Assembly (NCBI GenBank): GCA_964187785.1
Contig: OZ076409.1
Location: 54,190,001-54,250,000 of the forward strand
Source: Amphiscolops sp. MND2022
Taxonomy: Eukaryota
DNA: 60,000 bases
Direction: 5' to 3'
Of this stretch, positions 46,801 through 59,462 are shown one piece after another. Position numbers and translations under genes: made by a program. The notes beneath the pieces were generated by a model. It had not been told where the DNA came from, made no database searches, and worked only from the letters and a program-made list of their open reading frames with translations. The number at the start of each line of letters is the position of its first letter. Positions within the stretch are counted from its first letter, which is position 1.

Positions 46801-49800
46801 GCGCCAGAACCCTGTACGATGATTCGTATGAGTCGTTATCTCCACAATCGGGACAAACGAACCTCTGATGCACAAATGCTTTGGCTACACACATTACATG
46901 CATTGCCCTGCCCCCACATATTATACACTTGATCAGTCTCCAGTCTTCGTCATCAACACACCTGGATGAAAAATTGGAAATGAGAGAAAATCCAGGACAT
47001 ATTTAATTCTATCCCATGATTTTGCATTCAGATAAGGAATCAGTAAAATTTCAATAGTATTAGGCCGCTTGATGGGCAGGAAAAACGCTTTTCGTTTTTG
47101 ATGTAGAGCCACTATGTTCAGTTGACGCATTTGATGAAAAATGTGTCCGACTATTACGGTGATTATTAGTTGGCTCTTTTCGTAGAAAAACGCAGACAAT
47201 AGTAGTGACTTTTCAAGACCAACGAAGTGACAGATTTTATAAGCTGGCTTCCACTGACTGCCACACTAATGTAGCTTCTTCTGCTTCTAATTTTTTGGAG
47301 GATTTTTTGAGGTCTGCCAAGCAGAAGGACGTGGGTTCGAGTCCCGACCTTGACCAAAAATTTTTTTGTGCAGGTTTATTTCGGCTTTGTGAGACTTTTT
47401 TTCAGCAAATGTTTTTAATGTCCCCAAAGGGTCCCCCCTTCTGTTTTCTTTCTATTTTGCAAAAAAATGGATGTTCAAAAACTCCCAGTGGGCCGCATTT
47501 TTCGGCACTATGCGACTAACCGGAGACCAAAAAAATTCGAAAAAAAATCAGAAAAAAATTAGAATTTGTTTTCCAATTATTTCCTCACGCGGGTACTGTA
47601 GAAGAGAATACTTGACACTTTGAAGTCTTTTGGCTATTTTTGAGCCTTAGATATGGCGCCGACTTGGGCCGTTCCTGGCTTGTTTTTTTTTCACTAGACC
47701 AAAGATATCATCACACTAAAAGAGCCACTTTTTACAAACTTTACGTCTAAGCTCTGAAGCATACCCATAGAGGCAAAAAGGGTACTTCTTTTCATGTTTT
47801 ACCATATCTCGTCGAAGCTATGAGACCGCTTAGGGTTTTTGGGCACTGTACTTTGCTGAATTTTTCTTGTTTCACCACAGGGTCACTACTTCGATTTTTT
47901 CTCATGTTTTGAGTCAAAGCAATACGGGTTAAGAGCTCAAACGCTCACTTCAAGTTTTGGCATTGTGCGACGCTTTTTGAAAAAAATTCGCCAATTTGGT
48001 TTTTCAGTTAGAGAAAATCATTTTCCGAGCACGAAAGGCTCCTTTTGGTATTTTTTAGCAATTACATTTGTGAATTTTACTTGGAGAAGTTCAGAGCATA
48101 TTTCAAAAAATGCAATTTTTGATCCTTATGTGCCGCCTTTAGACGTTCTCGTCTTGTTGACATTAGTGACAACTATTGGCCAACGTTTTGAGACAGATGA
48201 AAATGGAGTTTTCGGTTATGAGTTGAGATGTTCAACCTTTTTGGCCCTCAAAAACAAGGTTCCAACAATTTCTTCCATCATTCTTTTCGCAACATCTTGA
48301 TAATGATTCCATGTGAAACGTTTTTCGACGACCATATTTTAAGTGTTTCCAAGACACGCCAGGATTTCTCGGCTAGAGTTAGTTTAATCCTATTAGTCTA
48401 AAATTTGAAAAAAATCTGCCCCTTTCGGTGGTTACACATTTTTCAACTGCAAAATGTTTTTGATTAGCTGAAAAAAAAATTATCATTTATTCATAACTTT
48501 CCGGGATAGAATCAATTTATATTTTCCGGAAGTTGATATTTATATCACTAACAGATTTCTGGAAAATATTTTTTAAAATTTTGACAATGTAATTTTGACT
48601 GAAAACATCCAGATCTTGCACTATAAGTTTTGTGAATCGAATAAACTAACTTATCAGGATCAGGACAGAACTCGTAAGCACAGACCAGCTCCACGACCAT
48701 CCTATCGTGATCTTCATAAGTGGGCTCCCGAGTAGGAATGTGAATTCCGCAGAATCTATCGATCAAGTTTTTGAACTTGTCCACGTCTTGACAAAAAGGA
48801 CATTTGAGGAAGTAAGTACCAGCGTTAAAAACATAAGGCCTCAGACAGTCTTTGTGCAAGACATTGGAGCAGCATTCACAATTGAACAAAGGTCGGTCCT
48901 CAAACTCGTCTGCACAAATAGGACAACACGCGTCCTTAGCTGAAAAACATTCCATGAACACGTCTATTCTGAATAAATCCATGAAGATTCCTGTATACTC
49001 TGTTTACATATGAAAAGCTTTACAAGGATTGCACATTTTCAAACCTGAGACCAATTCGAGCGACTCATTTGATTTGTGAATCGTGCAAGCTATGATGACA
49101 AATGAACGACGCCTGTTATACACAGAGGCGAAGCCGTGCTTCGCAAACACTTGCGCAGAAGGTTGCGAACTTTTGAAGAAAACCAAATAAGCAAAATCAT
49201 ACAGCGAACCAAGTGTAAAATGACATTAAAATTTCATCAATTTTACAGCGCCAAAAAATACCCGAAGGGATACGCATAAGTCTCGAAAACCATTCTTCCC
49301 CAACTGAAAACAGCAAAAAAAATCTCTCTCAACGAAAAACCTTTAAAAAACAGAATCTTGAGAAAAAATTTTTCGAAAATATTTTGATGGTCTCCGGTAA
49401 GTTGCATAGTGCCGAAAACCTTGAGCAGTCCTTTATGATCGCAAAACGTTTCATTTTAAATAAAAATTGAGGGGGTGTTGAATTTCATTCACTTTTTCAA
49501 ACTCGGACTGAAAACATTTAGTACTTCAAGCTCGGACTGAAAACTTTTCGTACTTCAAGCTCGGACTGAAAACATTTGGATTGACTTTAGTATTCATTCG
49601 TTCCTGATTCATTATGTGATGTTACATTCATTCTTGTTACATTGAAAAGCTCTTACGAATCGAAGACATTAAGAATAAGATAGAGAACGATTATTCCCGA
49701 AAGCTAAATTTGCCCTAAAAGAAATCTTTTTTCTGAAACATGGCGCTCAAAATGGCAAACTAGATTACCACCAAAATTGAAAAAATTCTATGTAACGACA

Positions 49801-52800
49801 AAGCGTCAGCCGAAAAAGAAACAAAAACGCGGAAAAATAAACAAAAATTAGGAGTCCGAATTAAAAAAAAACTTTGCGGAAATGAAACACTCCGTCAAAA
49901 GAGTTAAAAGCAAGCAGCTTGGTCACATGAATGTGATAGCCAAACTGGTAAAAGAAGTAGAAACACTAATTTCGGATAGAAATGACTTTTCCAAAAAGAC
50001 AATATCTCGTGTGAGAGCGGCAAGGAAAAAGTTGTTAGATTCTAGGGTAGCAATGGAAAATTAGATGAGGAAATGGATGAGGCCTTAGCGGAAGAAGGAG
50101 ACATAGAAGATGAAGCGGTTACAGAAAACGTAGAGCGGTGTCAAGAAATACTAATGCTTTTGGAAGAGTCATTGTTTACATTGAGGATTTTGAGGAAGAA
50201 ATTGAGAAAAGAAAGGGTAAGGAAGTTCTGCAGGAACAACAGGGGGCGGCGGTAAACGTGGTTTCGGACACAGGCGATCAGGCGCAACGGGATGTAGCAG
50301 TAGTAGAGCGGGTAAATGTTTCAGCGGAAAACTTCGTATCGTGCAGATTGGGGGGTACAGAGCGAGCTTTCACGGAAAATTCGGTTGACGCGGCGGTAGC
50401 GGAGGTTCAAGCAGGCGGAAGACGACTGGACTTTAGTAGAGATGAGGAGCAACGAGATACAAGTCCTGGCTTGCAATCAGTCGAGGACGGAGATGTTATG
50501 GCAGCTGTTTTGGCACAGTTCGATTCTTTGGGGAGTAGCGGTAACACTTTTCAAGGACATCACAGCCAACCGAGCGGACTGGGAACGACAAATTTGAATA
50601 CATTGGAGCTTCAAAGTGTAGCGCAGTCACGATGGTGGAGCAACAATGTGTTGTTGAATGACGATTTCAACCTTGGCGCTGAATTCGGCGGAAATTCCGT
50701 TCGGAGTTCATCGAGACCATCCATATCAACAAGCGGTCAGAGGAATAGAGGAGCTTCAACTATTTCGGAAAAAATTCAGAGTAAATGTCATCATTTGGAA
50801 CACAAAGGAGGTGATGTTGGAAGCGGTCGGCGAACTGGAGAAGTTGGCGATCGGAGAGATGGAGATGTTGGAGTTGTTGGCGGTTGGAGATGTTGGTGCA
50901 GGCGGAGATGGAAACGCTACTGACACAATGCAAGACAAACGCGGCAAAACAAAACGCAGCAAAGCTACCGTCATGTTTTCAACCGACAAAGAAGACAGTT
51001 TTACAACTTATGCAAAATCTAAAAGAGAACTTGACAAGCGGAAAACAACAACCAGAAAGCGAAAAGATGAAGAAAAAGACGACGACGGCCGCGAAGCAGA
51101 AGTAGAAGATGCAGCAGAAGAAGACGACGACGACGACAAAAATGACGAAGAACAGCAAAAAGGAGCAAAACAACTCAAAAAGAGCTTCAAAACGTTCTCA
51201 AAGCGCGTCAATGTGAAGCTTCCAAAAGTGGAACTGCCTAAATTCGACGGATCAGTCACGGAGTGGATGAGTTTCCGAGACTTTTTCGGAAACGCAGTTC
51301 ACCGAAACTCATCATTGTCAAAAATTGACAAGTTTACCTACTTGAAGGCAAGCTTGACAGGGAAAGCAGCAGAAACTATTGCTGGTTTGCCACTCACAAG
51401 TGCAAACTACGACAGTGTGTGGGGGCTTTTGGAAAAACAATCCGGGGACAAGCAGAGGTTAATAGCAAATTTTATGGATAAGCTCGTCAAGATTTCCAGT
51501 GTAGCAGAGAGCAGAGATGTGGCGAGGTTAAGGGGATTTTTAGGACAGGTTGAGGTTATCATTCGAGGTTTGCAGTCATTGTCAGTTGACGAAAGTACAT
51601 TTGGTTCTCTTCTCATTCCAATCTTGTTGGCGAAGTTACCTGAGGATATCAAACTGCAAGTAACGCGTTTGATTTCATCAGAGATTTGGGATTTGAGGGA
51701 ACTCTTACAGCTTCTCAGCAAAGAGATTGAAGCAAGGGAGAAGTGTGCTTTCTCAACAAACAGGGATAAGGTATCGGGACAGTCAGGAAAACCATTTGCA
51801 GTTGATTACACTACTTCATTTTTCGTAAGTAAGACACAGGAAAAAGGGTGTGTTTTCTGTTCAGGTCAACACAGTAGTCATAGATGCTTAGTAGTACAGT
51901 CACCACAGGAACGAAAGAAGAAACTGATGCAGAACGAACGGTGTTTCAGGTGTTTGTCTTCTGAGCATCTATCGCGGGTTTGTAAGGTAGAACGAGGTTG
52001 TTTTAAGTGCGGGCAGATGCATCATCGGGCTATTTGTTTCAAACTTATGTCAAAAACGAGAGCAGAAGGGAACAATTCAGGCAAGGGTCGAAATTGTGAA
52101 AACAGTTCTCGTCCGGCGGGGGCCGAGGACAAATTTCGAACAGACAAGGTTTCGAAGGGCAGCGATCGTGAGCAGACATCTTCTCTTTGTTCCAGCTCTG
52201 GTACTTTGGTACTACTCGAAACGGCAGTTACCGGAGTTTCTAATGGCAAGGATGAAGCATGTCGAGGGAGAATACTTCTTGACAAGTGTTCGCAACAATC
52301 TTACATCACGGAAGAGTTTGCAGGTCGGTGTAGGTTGAAGGTCGTAGGTCGCAAGATTTTTGCGGTGAACGCATTTGGTTCTAATGCGGTTCAACAGGTT
52401 GAGCAGAACGTATACGAGGCTTCAATTCAGACTTTATCTGGAAAAATGGTTGTTCATCTGGTGGGGATGAGCACTATCTGTTCGCCGTTGCTGAGTCCAT
52501 GCAACGTTCATGCTGTCAAGGGGCAGCATCGTTACTTGAGCAACCTTCAATTAGCGGATGATTTCAAAGATGACGTCGTGGGGGCGTTGTCTGTCAATGT
52601 TCTGATTGGTTCAGATCTCTATTACAAGTTCGTGACATCGCGAGTCATTGTCGGTTGCTATGGTAATAAACTTAGTGCGGTCAGCAGTAAGTTTGGTTGG
52701 GTTTTGTCGGGCTCTTTGCAATGTGGGGATGAGCAGTCGGAAAGTTCGGTGGGAACTTTCTTGAGTTCTGTACAGGGTGCAGATACTCTGTCGGAAAAGG

Positions 52801-55800
52801 TCGAATTTTTCTGGAACTTGGAAAGCTTGGGAATTAAGACAGAAGAAGACACTATGCCCGAGGATTTCCAAAAAACAGTTACTTTCAACGGGGAAAGGTA
52901 CGTAACTAAGCTTCCGTGGAACGGGAATGAAGAGTTTTTACAAGATCACAAGAAGCTAGCAACAAGCAGGTTAGAGTCAACTACGAGAAGCATCATTGCT
53001 AAGGGTCGGTGTAAGGAATATGATGATGTTTTGAGGGAACAAGTGGGGGCTGGTCTCCTGGAGGAGGTGCCAGAACAGGACATTAACACAAGCAACAGGT
53101 GTCATTACACACCTCATCATGCAGTCATTAGAGAGGACAAGGCAACCACCAAGCTCCGGGTGGTGCTGGATGGTGCAGCGAGGTCATCAAAGTTTGACTT
53201 CTCAATTAATGACTGTCTTTCTAAGGGTCCAAACTTATTGGTGTCCTTGTTTGCTATCTTACTAAGGTTTAGGTTGTTTCATGTCACAGTTCTTGCCGAT
53301 ATTGAAAAGGCGTTTCTTCAGGTTTGTGTGCATCAAGACGACATTGATGCGTTGAGGATTCTTTGGTATAAAAATCCTTTCGATCGCAACAGGAAGGTGG
53401 CAGTATTTAGGTATTTAAGGGTTGTTTTTGGCTTTGTTTGTAGTCCATTTCTTCTAAACGCAACAATCAGGTATCATCTACAAAGGTGTCTAGAAAAGGC
53501 ACAGAGTGAAAAGGATAAAGTCATGCTGAAGTCATTGATCGACAGCTTTTATGTTGACGATTTGACTCTCAGTATTCCTACAGTGGAAGAAGCGGAGGGG
53601 CTAATTTCACTCTCAGATAAGGTGATAGGTGAGGCTGGAGGAAATGGGTGACAAACAGGTCGGAAGTTTCTAAGTTCTTGGAAACGAAGAAGCTGGTGGA
53701 AAGCATTTCCGAAGGACAGGTAGGCATGAAGGTGTTGGGGCTTTCATATCAAGTCAAAGAGGATGAAATACATTTCGATTTTTCCACATTCTTGAAGTGT
53801 TTAGCAGAAAAGGACAAGCTGACGAAACGAATAGCGCTGGGAGTAGTTTCTAGCGTCTACGATCCTTTGGGGTTAGTTTCACCAGTGGTGGTGGAGCTCA
53901 AGTTAGCAATTCAGGATCTTTGGAAACGGTCTCTGGGTTGGGACGACGTTTTGTCAGAAGAAAGTGGTAAGACATTTCAGGAGGTCTTCAGGGAGTGGAG
54001 AAAAGAAAAGTTGGTAATTCCTAGGCACTATGTTCAGGTACAGGGTAGGTACGGAATTGAGCTTCATAGTTTTGCAGATGCGTCTCAGCGGGTTTGTGCG
54101 GTAGCTTGTTATGGTCGTGCGGTTGTCGCAGGAGAAATCAAAACCTTTTTGATTGCGTCGAAAACTAAGTTGAGTAGCTTGAAATCGGGAACCATTTCAA
54201 GGTTGGAGTTGGTTGCTGCACTTTTGGCTGCTAGACTGAGTAAAAGCGTGGAGGTCGCTTTAGGTGAGGTGGTTCGAGGGAGTCACTTCTGGTCGGATTC
54301 AGCCATTGTTTTGTCATGGATTCGATCACACACAGCAAACAACGGGCAGTTCATTCAACGTAGGTTGCTTGAGATCAGAGAGCTAACTGATGTCAACTCA
54401 TGGTACTACGTACCTTCAGAAGAAAATCCGGCGGACATTCCGTCTAGAGGTTTGAGAGTAGGTGATCTTAGGGAATGTCGGCTCTGATGGCAAGGGCCAG
54501 ATTTCTTGAAACACGAGGAAGGGAAGTGGTTATCGAATGAGGTAGGAAAGGAAGAAGTTTGTACAACAGTTGCAGTTGTTGAGTGTTCACCGGAGGTTAG
54601 GTTACTAAGTGCAGTAGACTGCAGGCGGTACAGCAAATACTCCAGGTTTGTTAAGGTAGTAGGACTTCTTCTGAGCGTATTGGAGCGTTTGCGGAAGATG
54701 TCGTTTAGAAGGAAAGAAAGGCAGGCGGAGAACATGATTCTTTCGGCAGTACAGAAGGCAGGTTTGCAGGAGGAGTTGCGATTTCTCGCGAAGCAGGAGG
54801 GCATTCAGCCTTCGAGGGTCAAAGAGCTTCGGCTTTTTCTATCAACGGACGGGTTGATAAGGTGTCAGACAAGGTTGGCGGAGGCTGTTTTTGTCGTTCG
54901 ATACCAAAAATCCTATTCTTTTACCTGCAGGGGAGTACATAACAGACTTAATTATCATGCATTTTCATGAGAGGGTCAATCATGGGTCGGAGCGGTGTAC
55001 AGTCAGCATACTCGGAGAAGTTTTGGGTAGTCAAGGCAAGACAGCAGGTTCGACGGGTGATCAGGCAATGTACGTTTTGCAAGCGTTACAATAGAAGAAG
55101 ATACAGGGTTCCAGCAGAGGCAAATTTGCCTGTGGAGAGGTTGTCTCAAGCGGCAGCTTTCACTCACATCGGGGTAGACTTTGCGGGACCACTCTACCTC
55201 AAGTATTTTGATCCTGAAGCTGGAAGCAATACGGCGTACATCTGTCTCTTCACCTGTGCGTCGTCAAGAGCAGTTCATTTGGAGGTCACACAAAGTCTCA
55301 CGGTGGCAGCTTTTTTGCGGGCTTTCAAAAGATTCGTGGCAAGAAGAGGCGCTCCAGTGACAATTTATTCCGACAACGGAAAGACTTTCAGAGGAGCGAG
55401 CGAAGATGTCAAGGCTTTTGTGTCTTTCCTTTGCCAGAATTTTTCCCATCCTGGAGTTGACTGGAAGTTCAACGTGGAATTAGCACCCTGGTGGGGAGGT
55501 TTCTGGGAACGGCTAGTGCGATCGGTCAAGGAACCACTCAGAAAGGCGTTAGGTCGTAATGTTATTGGGTACGATGAACTGGTCACAGTAGTCACCGAAG
55601 TTGAAGCAGTAGTCAACAGTCGACCACTAGGATACCTCTATATGGACGACGCATCAGAGTGTCTTCCTTTAACGCCTTCCCATCTCGTCAACGGCAGAAG
55701 TCTTTTGGGTTCAGCTGTCGAATTCCCTGAGAGCAGTCTGCAATCAATTCAACGACGACAACAATTTCTGAAAACACTGGTCGATCAATTTTGGGCAGTG

Positions 55801-57497
55801 TGGTCAAAAGAGTATTTGATAGAGCTGCGACAGTTTTTCAATTCTCCATCAAACAATTTGTCGAACCCGCTTCCAAAAGAAAATGACATAGTATTGTTGC
55901 ATGAAAAACGCCCTCGTCATTGTTGGCGCATTGGAAAATTGTCAAAATTAATTATCGGACGAGATGGTCAAGCCAGAGCTGCTGAAGTGATTTCATCCGG
56001 GAAAACTTTCCGGAGGCTACTGCAATTGATTCCACCTCTTGAAATAATTCTAGAATAACAATTGTTGCTTTGAAAATTAAAACTAACTTGAAACAAGGTG
56101 AAATCAATTGGTACGGTAAATTTGCTTTATCTTGCATTCATATCAACAAGTGGAATCTTCAACAACCTGCCGCGCCTTTCGTCAATGTGGCTTTGCACCC
56201 ATCCCTTCTTCAATGCTGGCGGGAGGATGTTGAATTTCATTCACTATTTCAAACTCGGACTGAAAACAATTAGTACTTCAAGCTCGGACTGAAAACTTTT
56301 CGTACTTCAAGCTCGGACTGAAAACATTTGGATTGACTTTAGTATCTTTAGTATTCATTCGTTCCTGATTCATCATGTGATATTACATTCATTCTTGTTA
56401 CATTGAAAAGCTCTTACGAATCGAAGACATTAAGAATAAGATAGAGAACGATTATTCCCGAAAGCTAAAATTGCCCTAAAAGAAATCTTTTTTTCTGAAA
56501 CAGGGGGGCCTCAGAAAACCTAATTTTAAGACATTTTGAAATTTCTCACAATGCCGAAAACTGTAAAAGGGGGCCCTGTGAGATTTTTTAACAACCATTC
56601 TGTTGCGAAATTTCAAAAAAAATGAAGGAAAACCCATTGGAGTCTTTGAAAAATTTTCGAAAAAAATGAGAAATTTTAACAGTCTCATAGTGCCAAAAAA
56701 TCTGAAAGGGACCCTTTGGGATTTTTTAACATTCGTTCTGTTGCAAAATATCAAAACAAATTGAAGGGAGGACACTTTGAGGAGATTTAAAAAGTTTCCA
56801 AAAAAAGTCTCACAAAGCCGAAAAAAGGAGGAGTCTCACAGTGCCGAAAAAGTGAGAACCTTCTGCTTCGGAATACTTGTAAAAAAATTAGCACATACTC
56901 ACGGGCTCGAACACGAACCCTCTGGGTTGAAAAGCAAGCATCTTACCACTAGACCACGAACGCCTGAACTATGCGACTTGCGGGCTGAAACGAGAGAGTT
57001 GTCGCGCGGAAAAAAAAGCACCCACACTTTCCCATAACACTTGCTTATCGCAAATGTAATAACTGTGAGGATCGATCCGAAGAACATTCTTTACTAATAA
57101 ACAGATTAGATCAATCTATTCTCCTTTCTGAAAAAGCTTCATTGTAAACGTCTTTTGACTAAACTTTTAGAAAATCAAAAACAACATGAAACAATTTCTG
57201 AGATTTCATGTTTCACTTTGGGTTAAAAGTTTTGGATCACACTCGATATTGTCAAACATTTTTTTCTGATAATGAAACAACAGTCTTACGTTGTTCAGGA
57301 ATAATCTGTGGTTGTGCATGATGGTCACACCAGGAATTATAGACGTCATAAAATTCGGTGATGACACCATTTTCTAGAGCACACGGAAAATGAAACATCC
57401 TTTTGCATCTCTTCAGACAGCAGCCAACAACTGCACCCTTCTTCTTGCAATACACACACACTTCTGAAGCGCATCGTCTCACCTCCTTTTTCACGCT
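40811..57497 (-). CDS. PHF7/G2E3/pineapple-eye-like PHD/RING finger gene; exons 57290-57497, 48651-48939, 46687-46961, 40811-42126; 5' exons unresolved
   Basis: ePHD CVYCKKKGAVVGC...C...FHFPC...SWCDHH; CPIC...CECC...HKDC...AGTYFLKCPFC...GIHIP; WRLIKCIICGGRAMHVMC...CPDC. All junctions are GT-AG and in phase; long low-complexity last exon. Confidence 0.82.
43900..46366 (-). mobile_element. Nest of HINE-like elements (family 3 > family 1 at 44358-46020 > family 3 at 44562-45593)
   Basis: Family-3 ends CACAGAG(GCG)AAGCCGTGCTTCGCAAACACTTGCG at 43901 and 44563, and ACACTTGCTTATCGCAAGTGTAA at 45571 and 46343. Family-1 ends at 44033, 44358 and 46020. Confidence 0.7.
47117..47684 (+). mobile_element. 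HINE-like family 1 copy, opposite orientation, with a 3'-half tRNA-like piece at 47310-47356
   Basis: CCGACTATTAC near the start and GGCGCCGACTT...GTTCCTGGCTTGTT at the end; GGTTCGAGTCCC...ACCA inside. Confidence 0.7.
49476..56502 (+). mobile_element. BEL/Pao LTR retrotransposon, full length (7.0 kb), coding region disrupted
   Basis: LTRs 49476-49740 and 56228-56502 (TGTT...AACA); PBS TGGCGC at 49741; PPT ggcgggagga; GGGGG on both flanks. Confidence 0.96.
49882..56058 (+). pseudogene. gag-pol: BEL/Pao Gag-Pol (DUF1759-type Gag, three Cys-His boxes, PR, RT, RH, IN) broken by several stops and frameshifts
   Basis: KLPKVELPKFDG; CFRC...H...C and CFKC..HHRAIC; ILLDKCSQQSYI; ADIEKAFLQ and FYVDD; HSFADAS...WSDS...NPADIPSRG; GVDFAGP, SDNG, WERLV. 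Confidence 0.93.
56890..56964 (-). pseudogene. tRNA-derived segment within a HINE (second copy at 46221-46295)
   Basis: Minus strand GGCGTTCGTGGTCTAGTGGTAAG...GTTCGAGCCC carries A and B boxes but does not fold into a clean cloverleaf. Confidence 0.65.
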
Positions 57498-58334
57498 CTG
57501 AAACAATTAAGTTTAGTCTGAAAAGCGAAAAAAAAATTCAGAACCAGTAAAGCATACCAGAAACATAAGGGATGTGATATCTTCAGATTCAAAATGATTT
57601 TTCTACCCTGAAGAGGTTCTCATGTGCTCTTAATAATGTATAGCTTTCGCATAAACACATACCATGTAGATTTGTCATGGCACATTGGAATCCTTATACA
57701 TAAAAGGACCGTGCGCATCGAAACCAAAAAGGTAATGGTCTACGTATGTATGGCCCAGGTTACAGAGGGGGCTTGTCAACAAGGTGTGGAAGGTGTCAAT
57801 ACGCTGCAAGCTGCAGAGCCTCCTTGCAGTGTAAGTAACGGTCCCGTGAAAATAAATTTGACAACCTCGGTAAGTGGAGGTCTAATTTATAAAACAGAAC
57901 ACCGGATCGCAAAGTATATGCTCGTCTATAAAACAGCGTATCACAATTGAATTGCTCGTTATGGAATTACTGAGAGCTTGAAAGCCTCCCCTCTTCGACG
58001 ATTGCGCTGATTGGAATGAAACTTGACTATGCTAACGTGAACATTAAGATGCTACATGTGTGGTCGCGAGCATCACTCGTCTTTGCTACATTGGGACCCA
58101 AGATCGCGGGTCTCAATCGAGAAAAATAACTACTTGGTAAATCAGAAACAAGATTGATTTCAGAATTGAGCCATCAGATTTTTCAGACCTACAGCCCAAG
58201 TTTTAACATTACACGTTTTTATTATAAAATTTCATATATTTTGTCAAACTTCATCTACAAAAGGTCTCAACGGGTGTTAGATCCGAGGAAGAACTTTTTA
58301 ATACTATTTAATGCGCGAACAACAACCACGAACA

Positions 58335-58543
58335 CAATTTTGAACTGTTTAGCATTTTTTATTCAATTTTGCTCGATTGAATATTTCGATAAAACTTCAG
58401 ATGTCGACTTGTTAATTGTCTTTGTTCCTCCTTATCGTCATGATAAGGAGGAACAAAGACAATTAACAAGTCGACATCTGAGGTTTTATCAAAATATTCA
58501 ATCGAGCAAAATTGAATAAAAAATGCTAAACAGTTCAAAATTG
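58335..58543. repeat. Foldback palindrome, ~102-bp arms, 5-nt loop
   Basis: ...gttcctccttatc-gtcat-gataaggaggaac..., about 2 mismatches. Confidence 0.93.
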
Positions 58544-58583
58544 AGTCTTTGTTCTCAATTGAGTCTTTGTTCTCTTCATTGAG

Positions 58584-59462
58584 TCTTTGTTCTCGAAATC
58601 AGTTGTTGTACATGAAACACATCCATCAACACTTGTGAACAGTTTACACTTTTTACATTGCATTTGTTGCCGTTGTCTCCGTGAAGACCTTCCTCTTTTC
58701 ACTAATAGGATTTGTTTTTGGGAGATACGAGACTACTATATTATTCGAAGATGTACCAGGTATTAGGACATCAGGAAATTCTTCAACTGATACGCTGTTA
58801 ATCGAATTAAAATCGGGTTGCAGTTACGTCCCAGTGAGCCTCTGAATGAGAAAGGAAGTCCATCAATTGCTCACCTCGGTTTTTAGTTACGATGGTTGTT
58901 TCATTCATCAAGAACATCTATGATAGAACTACTTGGTTTGTAAAAATTTACAATTGCATCTAACATGTAATTTGTAATGGACTACAATCTTTGTTACCTG
59001 GCGAACGCGTAATGTATTGAAAACTCGCAGGCTTTTGTAGAAAACAACAGCTGTTGGGAGATTTAGATAAGCTAATGAAGAGTGTTGAGATATTCTTGTT
59101 GGAAACTGTTCGTAGTGTCGCAATGAAGATGTTCTTGATGAATGAAACAACCATCGTAACTAAAAACCGAGGTGAGCAATTGATGGACTTCCTTTCTCAT
59201 TCAGAGGCTCACTGGGACGTAACTGCAACCCGATTTTAATTCGATTAACAGCGTATCAGTTGAAGAATTTCCTGATGTCCTAATACCTGGTACATCTTCG
59301 AATAATATAGTAGTCTCGTATCTCCCAAAAACAAATCCTATTAGTGAAAAGAGGAAGGTCTTCACGGAGACAACGGCAACAAATGCAATGTAAAAAGTGT
59401 AAACTGTTCACAAGTGTTGATGGATGTGTTTCATGTACAACAACTGATTTCGAGAACAAAGA
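58584..59462. repeat. Large inverted repeat: arms 58584-58919 and 59127-59462 (336 bp), 207-bp spacer
   Basis: The arms read as exact reverse complements; preceded by ttgagtctttgttctc three times. Confidence 0.93.

Larger units (their letters stand above)
49120..57059 (-). mobile_element. HINE-like family 3 copy split by the BEL/Pao insertion
   Basis: 49120-49475 matches 44562-44940, and 56503-57059 matches 45018-45593. Confidence 0.75.

Noticed and set aside
46221..56964. Functional tRNA genes
   Set aside because: Acceptor and anticodon stems are broken or half missing, and the copies lie within dispersed repeats.
57624..57950. 108-aa ORF upstream of the PHD exon
   Set aside because: No motif, and it shares ggtgtca(a/g)tacgctgcaagc with 36722, suggesting a dispersed repeat.
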